Source: a virus
Strand: one strand, 5' to 3'
IMG/VR virus record: IMGVR_UViG_3300048033_001554
Span: 1-64,000 of that record
DNA length: 64,000 nucleotides
Shown here: piece by piece, positions 48,821 through 58,046 of the stretch
How the letters are laid out: the number at the start of each line of letters is the position of its first letter
How positions within the stretch are numbered: position 1 is the stretch's first letter
The notes under the pieces: model-generated
Seen by the model: the letters and a program-made list of their open reading frames with translations, nothing else
The model's database searches: none
Told to the model about the DNA's origin: nothing
Made by a program: the position numbers and the translations under genes

Positions 48821-49773
48821 TATTGATACTCCGATTCCATCATAACTTCAGTAAGGAAAGCTACCATGTTAACTTCAAGGTCAGCCACAAAGTTTGCTTT
48901 GTACATATAGTCAGCAAGTGTTACAACAAATCCTGGCATTGATTTAAGCTGAACTTTGTCTGTTGCCATGTCATAGATACGACGGAACATTTCGTTCATA
49001 TCTTGGTCAGAGTTAGATGCAACCCACTTACGCATACCAGTAAAGTTTTTTGTTTTAAGAAGATTGAACAATTCATCCATAGATTCTTGTTTAAGGTTAA
49101 CAAAGATACCTTCATCAATTTTACCAGAGCCAGCATATGTTTGAAGCTCGGTTAGTACTCGACGAAAATCTGGGAAGTGGCGTTCAATTACTTTAGCAAC
49201 TACAGCTTTGTCATATGCTACAGATTCGTTATCAAGTACGTTACATACTCGTTTAAAGAATTGCATAGCCATTTTAGGACGTTGTGTTGTTTCAATTGTG
49301 AAGTCAACTTCAGACAACCGAGAACGAAGTGGTTCAATAATACGATTTTTAAAATTACAAGTAAAGATAAAACCACAGTTAGAGGAATATTCTTCAATAA
49401 AGTTACGAAGAGCTGGTTGAACAGACGCAGCGTTTAGATAATCAGCTTCATCAAAGATAACATACTTACGACCACCGGATAGAGACATAGAGGAAGCGTA
49501 TGTAGAGATTTCATATCGAAGTGTATCGATATTAACATTAAGTGAACCATTCTTAACGATATAATCGCAACCTAGCTCTTCGAGCATAGCTTTTGCGATT
49601 GTAGTTTTACCTACGCCAGGTCCACCAGTAAGAAGGAGGTTAGGAATACTTTCATCTTCAACAAACTTTTTGAAAGCAGCCTTTGTTTTTTCAGGAAGGA
49701 TTGTATCATCAATCTTTTGTGGGCGATACTTTTCGACCCAGAGTACTTCATTTGCTTTTGCATCAATAGACAT
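48820..49773 (-). CDS. gp44: Clamp loader large subunit gp44 (AAA+)
   Basis: LWVEKYRP, Walker A GGPGVGKTT, Walker B IFDEAD and FPDFRR motifs. Confidence 0.95.
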   Translation of the reverse strand: MSIDAKANEVLWVEKYRPQKIDDTILPEKTKAAFKKFVEDESIPNLLLTGGPGVGKTTIAKAMLEELGCDYIVKNGSLNVNIDTLRYEISTYASSMSLSGGRKYVIFDEADYLNAASVQPALRNFIEEYSSNCGFIFTCNFKNRIIEPLRSRLSEVDFTIETTQRPKMAMQFFKRVCNVLDNESVAYDKAVVAKVIERHFPDFRRVLTELQTYAGSGKIDEGIFVNLKQESMDELFNLLKTKNFTGMRKWVASNSDQDMNEMFRRIYDMATDKVQLKSMPGFVVTLADYMYKANFVADLEVNMVAFLTEVMMESEYQ

Positions 49774-49861
49774 GTCATCACCATCATAATATAAAAATAA
49801 GATGCAGGTTTGTTTAGCAACGAGAGCCTGCTTCGTTCGGTCCCTAGGTAGCGCCTAGTTA

Positions 49862-50131
49862 TTAGTTTGCTACTTTATCAGCAAGTGGTGCTTCGTCAGG
49901 TACAGCAGCTGGTGCTTCTGCTGGCATTTGACCTTCAGGTACTTCACCCTGTGGCGCATTTTGACGAAGGAACAATTCAAGCTTATTACGCAGCATACCT
50001 ACGCCTGCCATTTCATTGCCTTCAAATCCACCGCGACGTGATACCACGTCTACCATTTGTACTACAGTAGCAATATCTTGTAGAGAAAGCTGTACTGGTT
50101 CTTGCTGTTGTGCTTGTTCACTCATTTTCAT
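49862..50131 (-). CDS. Hypothetical protein
   Basis: 89-aa ORF (LSLQDIA..VDVVSRRGGFEGNEM) between gp45 and gp44. Confidence 0.65.
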   Translation of the reverse strand: MKMSEQAQQQEPVQLSLQDIATVVQMVDVVSRRGGFEGNEMAGVGMLRNKLELFLRQNAPQGEVPEGQMPAEAPAAVPDEAPLADKVAN

Positions 50132-50800
50132 TTATCCTTTTTTATAAGTCGACTTAGTATCGATAGCAATAAAGTATTTCACATTGCCATCACTGCTTTT
50201 AAACTCAGAGATACCCTTCGCGCAAAGAGTAACATTATAGTCCTGAGGTAAAAGTTTAAGATTATCAGTTTTTACAATAATCTTAAATTCATCAGATGTA
50301 GTGCCAATTTCAACACCATAATCATCTGAGTTGCTGTTATTGCTATCAATGGCTTTAAGGAAGATTTTACCATCTTCACCAACGAAAGCAATCTCACCAA
50401 ATTGGAGAACGCCGGCTGCTTTGATAACAGACTGCATATCATCCCATGAAACATCAACTTCAACATCAGTTGTTGGTAGCTGAATTTCTTTCTTTGGAGC
50501 TGCATGGATCATAGAAACATCAGCATAAACATACTTTGTACGCTGTTTACCATCTCTAATCATAAAGTATTTATCTTCAAATTCTACATCTGGATCCTTA
50601 TAAAGGCTAAGGATTGACAAGAAACGAGATAGATCGTAAACACAAGCCTGGGCTGGAATTTGATCGGGAATTGTTGCTGACGCAACCAATGTTTTTTCTG
50701 GTGTTACAGTTTTAAGAACATTACCTTCCTCCATAAGAATGGATTTGTTAATGGTTGAAAAACTTTTAAGAATCGTAAGAGTACGTTCACTAAATTTCAT
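50132..50800 (-). CDS. gp45: Sliding clamp gp45
   Basis: MKFSERTLTILKSFSTINKSI...VYDLSRFL...NLKLLPQDYNV motifs. Confidence 0.93.
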   Translation of the reverse strand: MKFSERTLTILKSFSTINKSILMEEGNVLKTVTPEKTLVASATIPDQIPAQACVYDLSRFLSILSLYKDPDVEFEDKYFMIRDGKQRTKYVYADVSMIHAAPKKEIQLPTTDVEVDVSWDDMQSVIKAAGVLQFGEIAFVGEDGKIFLKAIDSNNSNSDDYGVEIGTTSDEFKIIVKTDNLKLLPQDYNVTLCAKGISEFKSSDGNVKYFIAIDTKSTYKKG

Positions 50801-50837
50801 TATGTAGAGCTCCTTGTTTCACGTTTGGTATTGATTA

Positions 50838-50866
50838 ATAATATAACAGTATTCATTGAATGTCAA
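50838..50866 (-). promoter_or_regulatory. Sigma70-like promoter upstream of gp45
   Basis: TTGACA-N17-TATTAT. Confidence 0.65.
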
Positions 50867-51721
50867 CTACTTTTTGTAGGTTTTTTTGCGGCTAGCTTGG
50901 TTTGCCGTTGCAGACATTCCAAGCTGTCCCATGTCGGCCAAAGATCCTTTGAAGATATAAGAACCAATATGATGTAGATTCATCCACGGGCACATCCATA
51001 CTTGCATCCCAGCTTTACGAGCCCACTTACAAAAGAAATAATCTTCAGACAAGTAACGCTTTGTTTCTGGATCAATGACGCAGTCAAAGAAAGCCGTAAT
51101 TTCTCTACTACCATCAAAGTTATCAGTACGAACATGATCTGGCTTATAGCTTAATTCAGGATAAGCTTCTTTGAATTTTTCAAGAGTAGCTCGTGGAATA
51201 AGCATAAATCCTGTACCTGCTTCAGCTACTTCAAGCGGCTCAGCCACATTAAAAGATGCTTGCTTTTTAACAGGATTAAATACGTAATCGGCTGTATATT
51301 TTTCAAGATCAAAAGGATTATCTTTTCCTTTACCTTGCTGAGCAGCTTGAGAAACTTTTTCCCATGCAATTGTTTTCTTAGGATATGGTCCTGTTACGAT
51401 GTTATACTTATCAGGATCTTGGAGGTTAACTGCCATCAATCCTAAAATATCTCTTGGATTAAAACCAATGTCTGCATCAATAAACAATAGATGAGTACAA
51501 TCAGAACGAAGGAATTCATCTACAATATAGTTACGTGCTCGTTGGATCAAGCTTTCATTAAACAAAAAGTAAAACTGTACTTGAATGCCATTAGCACCAG
51601 CCATTAAGGCCAAATCAGTGCAAGCTTTTGTATATGTACCGGCCGCTTGTGCGCCATACATTGGCGTACCAATAAAGATTTTATGCTTTCTTAGCTCATC
51701 GATACTTAATTCGATTTTCAT
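50867..51721 (-). CDS. GT-A fold glycosyltransferase-like protein
   Basis: IGTPMYG, ESLIQRARN, LLFIDADI (DxD), GTGFMLI and YLSEDYFFC motifs. Confidence 0.7.
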   Translation of the reverse strand: MKIELSIDELRKHKIFIGTPMYGAQAAGTYTKACTDLALMAGANGIQVQFYFLFNESLIQRARNYIVDEFLRSDCTHLLFIDADIGFNPRDILGLMAVNLQDPDKYNIVTGPYPKKTIAWEKVSQAAQQGKGKDNPFDLEKYTADYVFNPVKKQASFNVAEPLEVAEAGTGFMLIPRATLEKFKEAYPELSYKPDHVRTDNFDGSREITAFFDCVIDPETKRYLSEDYFFCKWARKAGMQVWMCPWMNLHHIGSYIFKGSLADMGQLGMSATANQASRKKTYKK

Positions 51722-52362
51722 ATTTCTACTTGCTCCAAATCTGCTTCTGCTCTTACAATGGCCTGCAGCCGCAGAATATCTGCTGCAACATCATGTTTAG
51801 CGTCGTGTGCGTTAAAATTATAATTCCATTTTTCAATGTCTGATACAGGAATGAATCCGTTGTTGCCGCCAGGAACATTAAAATCAAATTTAGCATCAAT
51901 AAATGTTCGTGTATCTCTTACCAAGTAATACTTTAAGAAAGAACTAAGTAGATCAGCCTTATTAGCATTATGTGCAAGACGATCTAATACTACCGGATCA
52001 AACGAATTTGATCTTGACCACCAGTAATCAATCTTACCAGCAGCACGTAGATAGTTAATTAAACCTTCAATAAATTGCGGTGCTTTCATATCATCACTTG
52101 AAGGCTTTAAGTTTCTTCTAAGTTCAGCTGGTTTATCCAACCACCATTGCAAATCACTTTGGCTATACTTACATCCATGGTTTTCCATTTGATCTTTAAT
52201 ATCAAACTTAGCATGCTCCATACCAAGAACTAACTCTTTAAAAGAGTATGGGTTATCACAAAACCTATCCCACTCAAAAGTCGTGTATGCGACATCAATA
52301 GCTGGAATTTCACGAGAGCATCCGCCAATAGTTTCAAAATCAAGAATAAAATGTGTGCTCAT
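51718..52362 (-). CDS. dexA: 3-prime to 5-prime exonuclease, DEDDh (DexA-like)
   Basis: ILDFET, WSRSNSFD, RDTRT and HDAKHD motifs. Confidence 0.75.
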   Translation of the reverse strand: MSTHFILDFETIGGCSREIPAIDVAYTTFEWDRFCDNPYSFKELVLGMEHAKFDIKDQMENHGCKYSQSDLQWWLDKPAELRRNLKPSSDDMKAPQFIEGLINYLRAAGKIDYWWSRSNSFDPVVLDRLAHNANKADLLSSFLKYYLVRDTRTFIDAKFDFNVPGGNNGFIPVSDIEKWNYNFNAHDAKHDVAADILRLQAIVRAEADLEQVEI

Positions 52363-53564
52363 AAAAATGCCTCTAATGTATTACCGCGTTCAATATAATC
52401 TGCCTTCTGTCTATGATTATACTGCAAAATGTAGTCTGTGTCAACCATTACTAACTCATTATTCAAATATTTTTTAACTTCAGTTGCCATGTCAGTAGCA
52501 GTTTGAACTGGTACGTTTTGACAAATATGGTTAGCAACCTTAGGACCAGCATTTACGAGTTCAAAATCTTCGGGCAAACCCATGATTGTCATAGCTTCTC
52601 GATAGTTAATAAAGCGATCTTCATCTGGATGGGCAAGCATAAGAGGATAGTGGCCAACAAAAGCACCAATGCGATCCTTAGGAATGGTTACACCACGGCG
52701 CATAATACTTTTACCTGATTCGAGTTTTGCATGTTTGTATTTGCATTTCTCTACTTCACGATCAAAACCATTTTCAGCCATCCAATCAGCAACTTGCAAA
52801 TAGCTATATCCTTGTTGTTCAATGTAACTGTAAACACAAGCGCCACGAGCTGATGTTGGTTCAATCAAAGCAGCATGTTCTTTATGAGTACGACCACCGT
52901 GAATATGTTCTAAGATGAAACGGTAATAAGGATTGTCTGTTGGTTTCTTTTTATGGTTAATTACTTCAGTTTGGAAGTTAGATGTAACACCTCGGATTAC
53001 CTCTTCGATGGGCGTATGAGGCTTGTTATAGTAGTTTAAGAGAGGAGTTTTAGTACCTTTCCAGAAAAAGTAGAATGATCTCTCGCGTACCTGTGGTGCA
53101 CCGTGCAATAGAGATTTAGTTCTATATACAGACATTGTATATCCATTTTCTCTACCAATTTCTTTTAACTGGGTACGAACTTTAGCTCCAATTTTACCAG
53201 CAAACCCCGGTGCATTCTCTCCCCAAAACACTTTTGGTTTATACTCGCCAAGGATATATTTAGCGGTTTCTACCATCCACTTGTTGTTTTCATTGTCATC
53301 ACCATATCCCATAGACATAGTTGATAGACCGGCACATGGGCAAACTGAAGATACAACATCAGCTCTTTCATTGGTTGGTGGAGCCATTCCTTTATCTAAA
53401 ACATAGTAGGGAATTTCGTTATTATAGTAATTTAGGATGTGACTATCATTAGAAGCAAAAGCCTCATATGACATAAAATGCAATGGCTTAGTGCCAAAAG
53501 CATTTTGTGATCCAATTGTTTCACCGCCAATTAGTGGTACAATGGCTGCATGTGTTATGCTCAT
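52359..53564 (-). CDS. Cytosine-C5 DNA methyltransferase-fold protein with atypical SAM-binding motifs
   Basis: Motif IV CPCAGLS, VI GENAPG, VIII PQVRER and IX REAMTIMGLPEDF; motif I reads IVPLIGG. Confidence 0.8.
   Translation of the reverse strand: MSITHAAIVPLIGGETIGSQNAFGTKPLHFMSYEAFASNDSHILNYYNNEIPYYVLDKGMAPPTNERADVVSSVCPCAGLSTMSMGYGDDNENNKWMVETAKYILGEYKPKVFWGENAPGFAGKIGAKVRTQLKEIGRENGYTMSVYRTKSLLHGAPQVRERSFYFFWKGTKTPLLNYYNKPHTPIEEVIRGVTSNFQTEVINHKKKPTDNPYYRFILEHIHGGRTHKEHAALIEPTSARGACVYSYIEQQGYSYLQVADWMAENGFDREVEKCKYKHAKLESGKSIMRRGVTIPKDRIGAFVGHYPLMLAHPDEDRFINYREAMTIMGLPEDFELVNAGPKVANHICQNVPVQTATDMATEVKKYLNNELVMVDTDYILQYNHRQKADYIERGNTLEAFL
52416..52444 (-). promoter_or_regulatory. Internal consensus sigma70 promoter
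   Basis: Perfect TTGACA-N17-TATAAT inside the 3-prime end of the methyltransferase-like gene. Confidence 0.7.
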
Positions 53565-54028
53565 AATTTACCTTTCAAGCTCGCGTCAGCAACACGCTTT
53601 CTCAAATCAGTTGATGAGAAAGAATGTTTTCGTTTATTGTAATGGATCGGACAAAGACCTTTTGCGGTGTGCTCAGTATCACGGTATTCTTCACCAACAA
53701 TACGGACATGAGGCTGAATAGTTAGCACCATATCAACAATTTCTTGTTCTGTTGTAAAAGGAATTACCTCGTCAACAAATCGACAAGCCGATAGTTGAAC
53801 ATATCTTTCAAAGGGAGTTTGAACGGGTTTTTGTTTGCTGTCTGGACGGTCTACTGTTGGATCTACTAGCAGACCGCAAATGAGGTAGTCACAAAGGCTT
53901 TTAGCTTCTTGTAACATTACAATATGACCTGCATGTAGCAAATCAAAAGTAGAACAAGTAAAACCAATTTTAACTTCATCAGCTGGTTTACCCAAACGCT
54001 GAGCAATCTCAGAGATATTCGTAAACAT
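53561..54028 (-). CDS. Cytidylyltransferase (TagD/RfaE-like HxGH nucleotidyltransferase)
   Basis: STFDLLHAGH, ER..QL..CRFVDEV and RKHSFSSTDLR motifs. Confidence 0.88.
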   Translation of the reverse strand: MFTNISEIAQRLGKPADEVKIGFTCSTFDLLHAGHIVMLQEAKSLCDYLICGLLVDPTVDRPDSKQKPVQTPFERYVQLSACRFVDEVIPFTTEQEIVDMVLTIQPHVRIVGEEYRDTEHTAKGLCPIHYNKRKHSFSSTDLRKRVADASLKGKL

Positions 54029-55046
54029 TATTCATACACTCCATAATAAAATCTTTATTAGGGTGGTATTTGTACACCCTAGTAATTTCAGCACCAACCA
54101 ACGCTGACAGCATACCTTTATTTATATCATTTGCTAGCGCCATATATTTAAAAGACTTAACAACTTTATCCATATCATATTTGTTAATCAATAGACTTGC
54201 AATAAATTTAGCAGCATCCAACTCAGTGCAACCAAACACACCACAAATAGGATCAATCAGCGTAACGTTGCAATCTTTAAAGAGCATATTTTTAATGCCA
54301 AAATCACCGTGAGAAAATGTTCTTTTTAAATCAAACTTATAAAGCTTAAAGGCATTATCACGGAAAATCTCATGGCCACCGTGATTATATGCGTTCTCAG
54401 CATGCTGTTCAATTCGATGAATATAAGATACGTAGCTTAATTCGTCTTTTACTTTAAGTGATTTAAGCTTATCCAATTGAGTTTGAATAATGCCAAGCGC
54501 CATGTGAATATTATTTTCAAAGTAGTTTTCATCGTTATCAATATAATCCATTGTAATCGTTTCGCCAACAACACGGTGTACTACTGGAACTTTAACGTTA
54601 ACAATTTCAGCCTGTTCAAACCATTCACGAGTAGCATGAGCTGCTGAATCTTGCTTATGGACTACTTTACCATCTGTATAAATTTCAGTACCTGACAAAC
54701 CACCTTCAAGCTCGCGAATATCTACCTCAAGGAAGTCCTCAGGCATAATACCTTTATCGTCGATGTAATAAGCTGCCAAAGGTTTATCAAACGAAAGCAT
54801 ATTATATTTTACATTATACTTTTTAAGCCAAGCTACAATGCTTGACTCATATTTTTCTCGAGCTTCTTCACGAGTATTACATGAAATAGAACCACGAGCT
54901 GTGAAGATATCAATCTGCCAACCTTGATCGTATAAGTGATTAAGTTTATTAATCAAAACTTCATTTGGTTGAGCAGAATCGAACTTACGACCTTGATGGA
55001 ACGCTAGTGTGTCGTCAAAGTCAACAACGATTCGTTTATGATACAT
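54009..55046 (-). CDS. HAD phosphatase fused to an APH/choline-kinase-like phosphotransferase
   Basis: N-terminal VVDFDDTL, FTARG, KP..AYYIDDK; C-terminal GGLSG, HGDFGIKNML, LIDP. Confidence 0.8.
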   Translation of the reverse strand: MYHKRIVVDFDDTLAFHQGRKFDSAQPNEVLINKLNHLYDQGWQIDIFTARGSISCNTREEAREKYESSIVAWLKKYNVKYNMLSFDKPLAAYYIDDKGIMPEDFLEVDIRELEGGLSGTEIYTDGKVVHKQDSAAHATREWFEQAEIVNVKVPVVHRVVGETITMDYIDNDENYFENNIHMALGIIQTQLDKLKSLKVKDELSYVSYIHRIEQHAENAYNHGGHEIFRDNAFKLYKFDLKRTFSHGDFGIKNMLFKDCNVTLIDPICGVFGCTELDAAKFIASLLINKYDMDKVVKSFKYMALANDINKGMLSALVGAEITRVYKYHPNKDFIMECMNNVYEYL

Positions 55047-56470
55047 TAGAAAAATCCTTCAAGAGTAGATCCAACTTGCTTAGGCTCTTTAATTTCATTT
55101 TGTCTTCCATCAACAAGAGTATAAGCCTTTTCAAGTAGTACACTGCCGGGAGTTGAAACAATAATTTCCCCGCGTTCACGACGTTCTCGAGCACTTGGAA
55201 AGTAACTCGAAATCCTATCTATAAAATCTACTTTATCATGTCTTTTACCTTTTGTCAACACAAAATCTAAGAATTTTGGACCAAGGACTTCAATATCATT
55301 AAACTTGTAAATTAGTTCACGGCATGCTTCAGTACGAGCTTTCCATTCCTTAGGATTATTAGCAATACGGTTCAATTCAGCAGCAAGTTCTTCTTCCTTA
55401 GTAGCTTCTGAAATAAGTGGACCATAATATTCTCCCCACTTTTTACCTTCAGGAGATACAGCGTTTTCAGCAAAGTGACGGCTAATAACAGGTAGAGACA
55501 ATAGGAATGATTCAATTACTGTATATTCCATGCGGTGGCCATACTCTTTTGGATCGCCAAGACGGTAACCACACCATGCAGCCATAGAAGAACCAAGTTC
55601 ACCCATGCCAAAATCATACTTATAACCATCGTACGCAGTAATTGTAGTACCGGTCTTTTCTTTCTCTTTACCTGGGAGGTAATGTTCGCCAGCTGAGTTT
55701 GTTCCAATGAACCTAATTTTTGGCTGATAAGATTTATGGTATGGAGCTGGATCTGTTGCAAGAGTTTTAGAATCAGGATCTCCAATAGAAGAAATAGAAC
55801 GTTCACAACCCATCAAGGTAAGATCCCATTCATTTTTCAAAAATGGTTCAATACGGCAAATCATTCCTGGATCTTTAAGTGTTGACATACGACCCATGTA
55901 CATAAAGTGTTTACGACGTTCTTCAAGGTCAGCACGATATTGATCGTAGTCTCCTGTACGAACCCAAATAGGATTCTCAAGTAATCTACCTTCAAGGCCA
56001 AGATCAGTTGCTAGATAACACTCTTGTGAATACCCTTCAAATGACTGGGTAATACCAATGTCTGCCAAAGCAAACAACTCACCAGCACCGGTTTGGCGAT
56101 TAATAGTATTTTTAGTAATAGCATGATCGTGTACTACAATAATTGGATCATTAATCTCTTCTACAAATTCACGGAATCGATCAATGTATTTCCCATTCTT
56201 GCGAGTTGGAAATGAATGCACAATAGCAATATCGCAAGTATTAACCGCATCAACCACCGGTTGTACATCTTTTACTTCTTGGTTGCTTTCAACACGAAGC
56301 ACTTCACCGTGCCATGAAACGTTTTGTGCTCGACCAAATTTTTGTTTGTTATCAAAATCAATAACCATTGTTTCATGGCCTTGAGATACTAGCCAATCTT
56401 CGAAGATATTAGCGCCTTTAGTAACACCACAACCTTCAATGCCTTTTCCAAAGATAAAAGCAACCTTCAT
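55046..56470 (-). CDS. a-gt: DNA alpha-glucosyltransferase-like (GT-B) enzyme
   Basis: N-terminus FIFGKGIEGCGVTK..DWLVSQGHE matches the T4 AGT start as I recall it (FMARGLEGCGVTK..DWFIKNGHE); also GR...KDP and EYT.IE. Confidence 0.8.
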   Translation of the reverse strand: MKVAFIFGKGIEGCGVTKGANIFEDWLVSQGHETMVIDFDNKQKFGRAQNVSWHGEVLRVESNQEVKDVQPVVDAVNTCDIAIVHSFPTRKNGKYIDRFREFVEEINDPIIVVHDHAITKNTINRQTGAGELFALADIGITQSFEGYSQECYLATDLGLEGRLLENPIWVRTGDYDQYRADLEERRKHFMYMGRMSTLKDPGMICRIEPFLKNEWDLTLMGCERSISSIGDPDSKTLATDPAPYHKSYQPKIRFIGTNSAGEHYLPGKEKEKTGTTITAYDGYKYDFGMGELGSSMAAWCGYRLGDPKEYGHRMEYTVIESFLLSLPVISRHFAENAVSPEGKKWGEYYGPLISEATKEEELAAELNRIANNPKEWKARTEACRELIYKFNDIEVLGPKFLDFVLTKGKRHDKVDFIDRISSYFPSARERRERGEIIVSTPGSVLLEKAYTLVDGRQNEIKEPKQVGSTLEGFF

Positions 56471-56474
56471 AATA

Positions 56475-56804
56475 TTATCCTTCTACAAATTGTTCCCATT
56501 TGTTTGGCATACCATCGAACAATTCAGCATCCTCGAGAGGTTCTTTTTGTTCATTGATGTTTGGCCAAACCTGAGAGTATTTAGTATTTCTTTCCATCCA
56601 TATAATCTTATCTGGTTCTGGCAAATCTACGTCAGCAACAATAGCACTAACAGGACATTCAGGAACGCAAACTCCACAGTCAATACATTCATCAGGATTA
56701 ATTACTAAAGTATCTTCACCTTCATAAAAACAATCAACTGGACATACAGCAACGCAATCGGTGTGTTTACACTTAACACAATTATCCGTTACCAGATAAG
56801 TCAT
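56475..56804 (-). CDS. fdxA: 7Fe ferredoxin (FdxA type)
   Basis: [46 protein letters not shown]; ATG at 56804 has a GGAGG RBS. Confidence 0.93.
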   Translation of the reverse strand: MTYLVTDNCVKCKHTDCVAVCPVDCFYEGEDTLVINPDECIDCGVCVPECPVSAIVADVDLPEPDKIIWMERNTKYSQVWPNINEQKEPLEDAELFDGMPNKWEQFVEG

Positions 56805-56805
56805 A

Positions 56806-57372
56806 TTATACCTCCAAAAGAGTGATTTGTACACCACTTTCTTTAAACATTAAAGAACTTTGTTCTTCCCAAATTTCTTGCCAATTACCTTTGTCTGTTT
56901 TAGTACTAGGAATTACTACACGCTTAATGCCAGCTTGGATAATGCATTTAGTACAAGACGGACAAATAGGTAATCCATAGACATACAATGTAGCATCTTT
57001 AACGGCAACACCATTATATAGAGCGTTCATTAATGCATTCATTTCAGCATGGATGATACGAGGATATTTTTCCTCCCTACTATTTAGCCTTTCTGGAGTA
57101 TCCGAAATACCACGAGGAAAGCCATTGTAGCCGGTGGCTAGAATACGTCGTTCATCATTAACAATTACAGCACCAATTTTACTTGATGGATCTTTACTCC
57201 AACTTGCAATAAGCTCAGCCTGCTCCATGAAACGTCGATCCCATTTAGTAATGTTATCTTCTACTTCTTTATTCATACGTCGCATGTAGTCTTCGTAAAA
57301 TTCGTATTCGCCCATGTACTCTTCTTTCTCTTGAAGTTCCATTACATATTGTCCAATTTTACTCATAATCAT
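56806..57372 (-). CDS. cd: dCMP deaminase
   Basis: [26 protein letters not shown] and PICPSC zinc motifs. Confidence 0.92.
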   Translation of the reverse strand: MIMSKIGQYVMELQEKEEYMGEYEFYEDYMRRMNKEVEDNITKWDRRFMEQAELIASWSKDPSSKIGAVIVNDERRILATGYNGFPRGISDTPERLNSREEKYPRIIHAEMNALMNALYNGVAVKDATLYVYGLPICPSCTKCIIQAGIKRVVIPSTKTDKGNWQEIWEEQSSLMFKESGVQITLLEV

Positions 57373-58046
57373 TTTACTAAGTGGAAATGGCGGCTATACA
57401 CGTGCAGGTTCATTACTTGCCAGATTAGATCACCTTTCGTAAGTTCATAACCGAGATCTGCTTCATTTAGATTATCAATAGCACGATCCATAAGATGTTG
57501 TGCCCAAGCATAATCATTCTTATAGCCAAAGACTACATCATTTGAACGCATTTGCGATACCATATGCAGTTTACCATCACGAATATAAAACGTTTGAGCG
57601 TTGGTACAGATGAAATCAGACTTACCACCTTCATTGAATTCAACCCAGATAGATGGACGGTTATAGATCATTTGAGCACGGCGGCTATCTGGATTTGCAA
57701 TCAATTCATCAATTGCGTTGTAATATTGATTATAAAACTTTGGTGAGTCTACAAGATGCCCGTAGTTTGAGTTGATATTACCATGTGCATCAGCTGCATA
57801 TTTCCAGGCGGCAGGCGGTTCTTTGTCTTTGCCATGGATATCGTTAATGTTAGTACTTTGGCTTTCATACCAAGCCAATTCAGAATCGATATAAGATTGT
57901 ACTGGAGTACCAAAGATAGCAGGTTCATCAGCAATAAAGCTTGCGCCTAGAATTTCAATTGTTTTAGCACCAGTTTTGTCAGTTGTAAATCGTTCAGCTT
58001 TAAGTTCATTAATAAAGTACTGACGAATATCAGTTACAGTTTTCAT
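57369..58046 (-). CDS. gp42: dCMP hydroxymethylase (T4 gp42 homologue)
   Basis: DKTGAKTIEILGASFIADEP, INSNYG, SDFICTN, MRSNDVVFGYKNDYAW and LHVYSRHF closely follow T4 gp42, including the dCMP-specifying Asp in KNDY. Confidence 0.9.
   Translation of the reverse strand: MKTVTDIRQYFINELKAERFTTDKTGAKTIEILGASFIADEPAIFGTPVQSYIDSELAWYESQSTNINDIHGKDKEPPAAWKYAADAHGNINSNYGHLVDSPKFYNQYYNAIDELIANPDSRRAQMIYNRPSIWVEFNEGGKSDFICTNAQTFYIRDGKLHMVSQMRSNDVVFGYKNDYAWAQHLMDRAIDNLNEADLGYELTKGDLIWQVMNLHVYSRHFHLVK

Noticed and set aside
18693-50132. Several consecutive genes joined in frame across one stop (gp25/gp6/gp7, gp4/gp2, regA/dut), suggesting stop-codon reassignment
   Set aside because: Each ORF is a full-length recognisable protein, coding density is already high under the standard code, and TAA, TAG and TGA all end genes.
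57369-58046. Annotation as ordinary thymidylate synthase (ThyA)
   Set aside because: The sequence tracks T4 gp42 motifs throughout and has Asp at the dCMP-specificity position.
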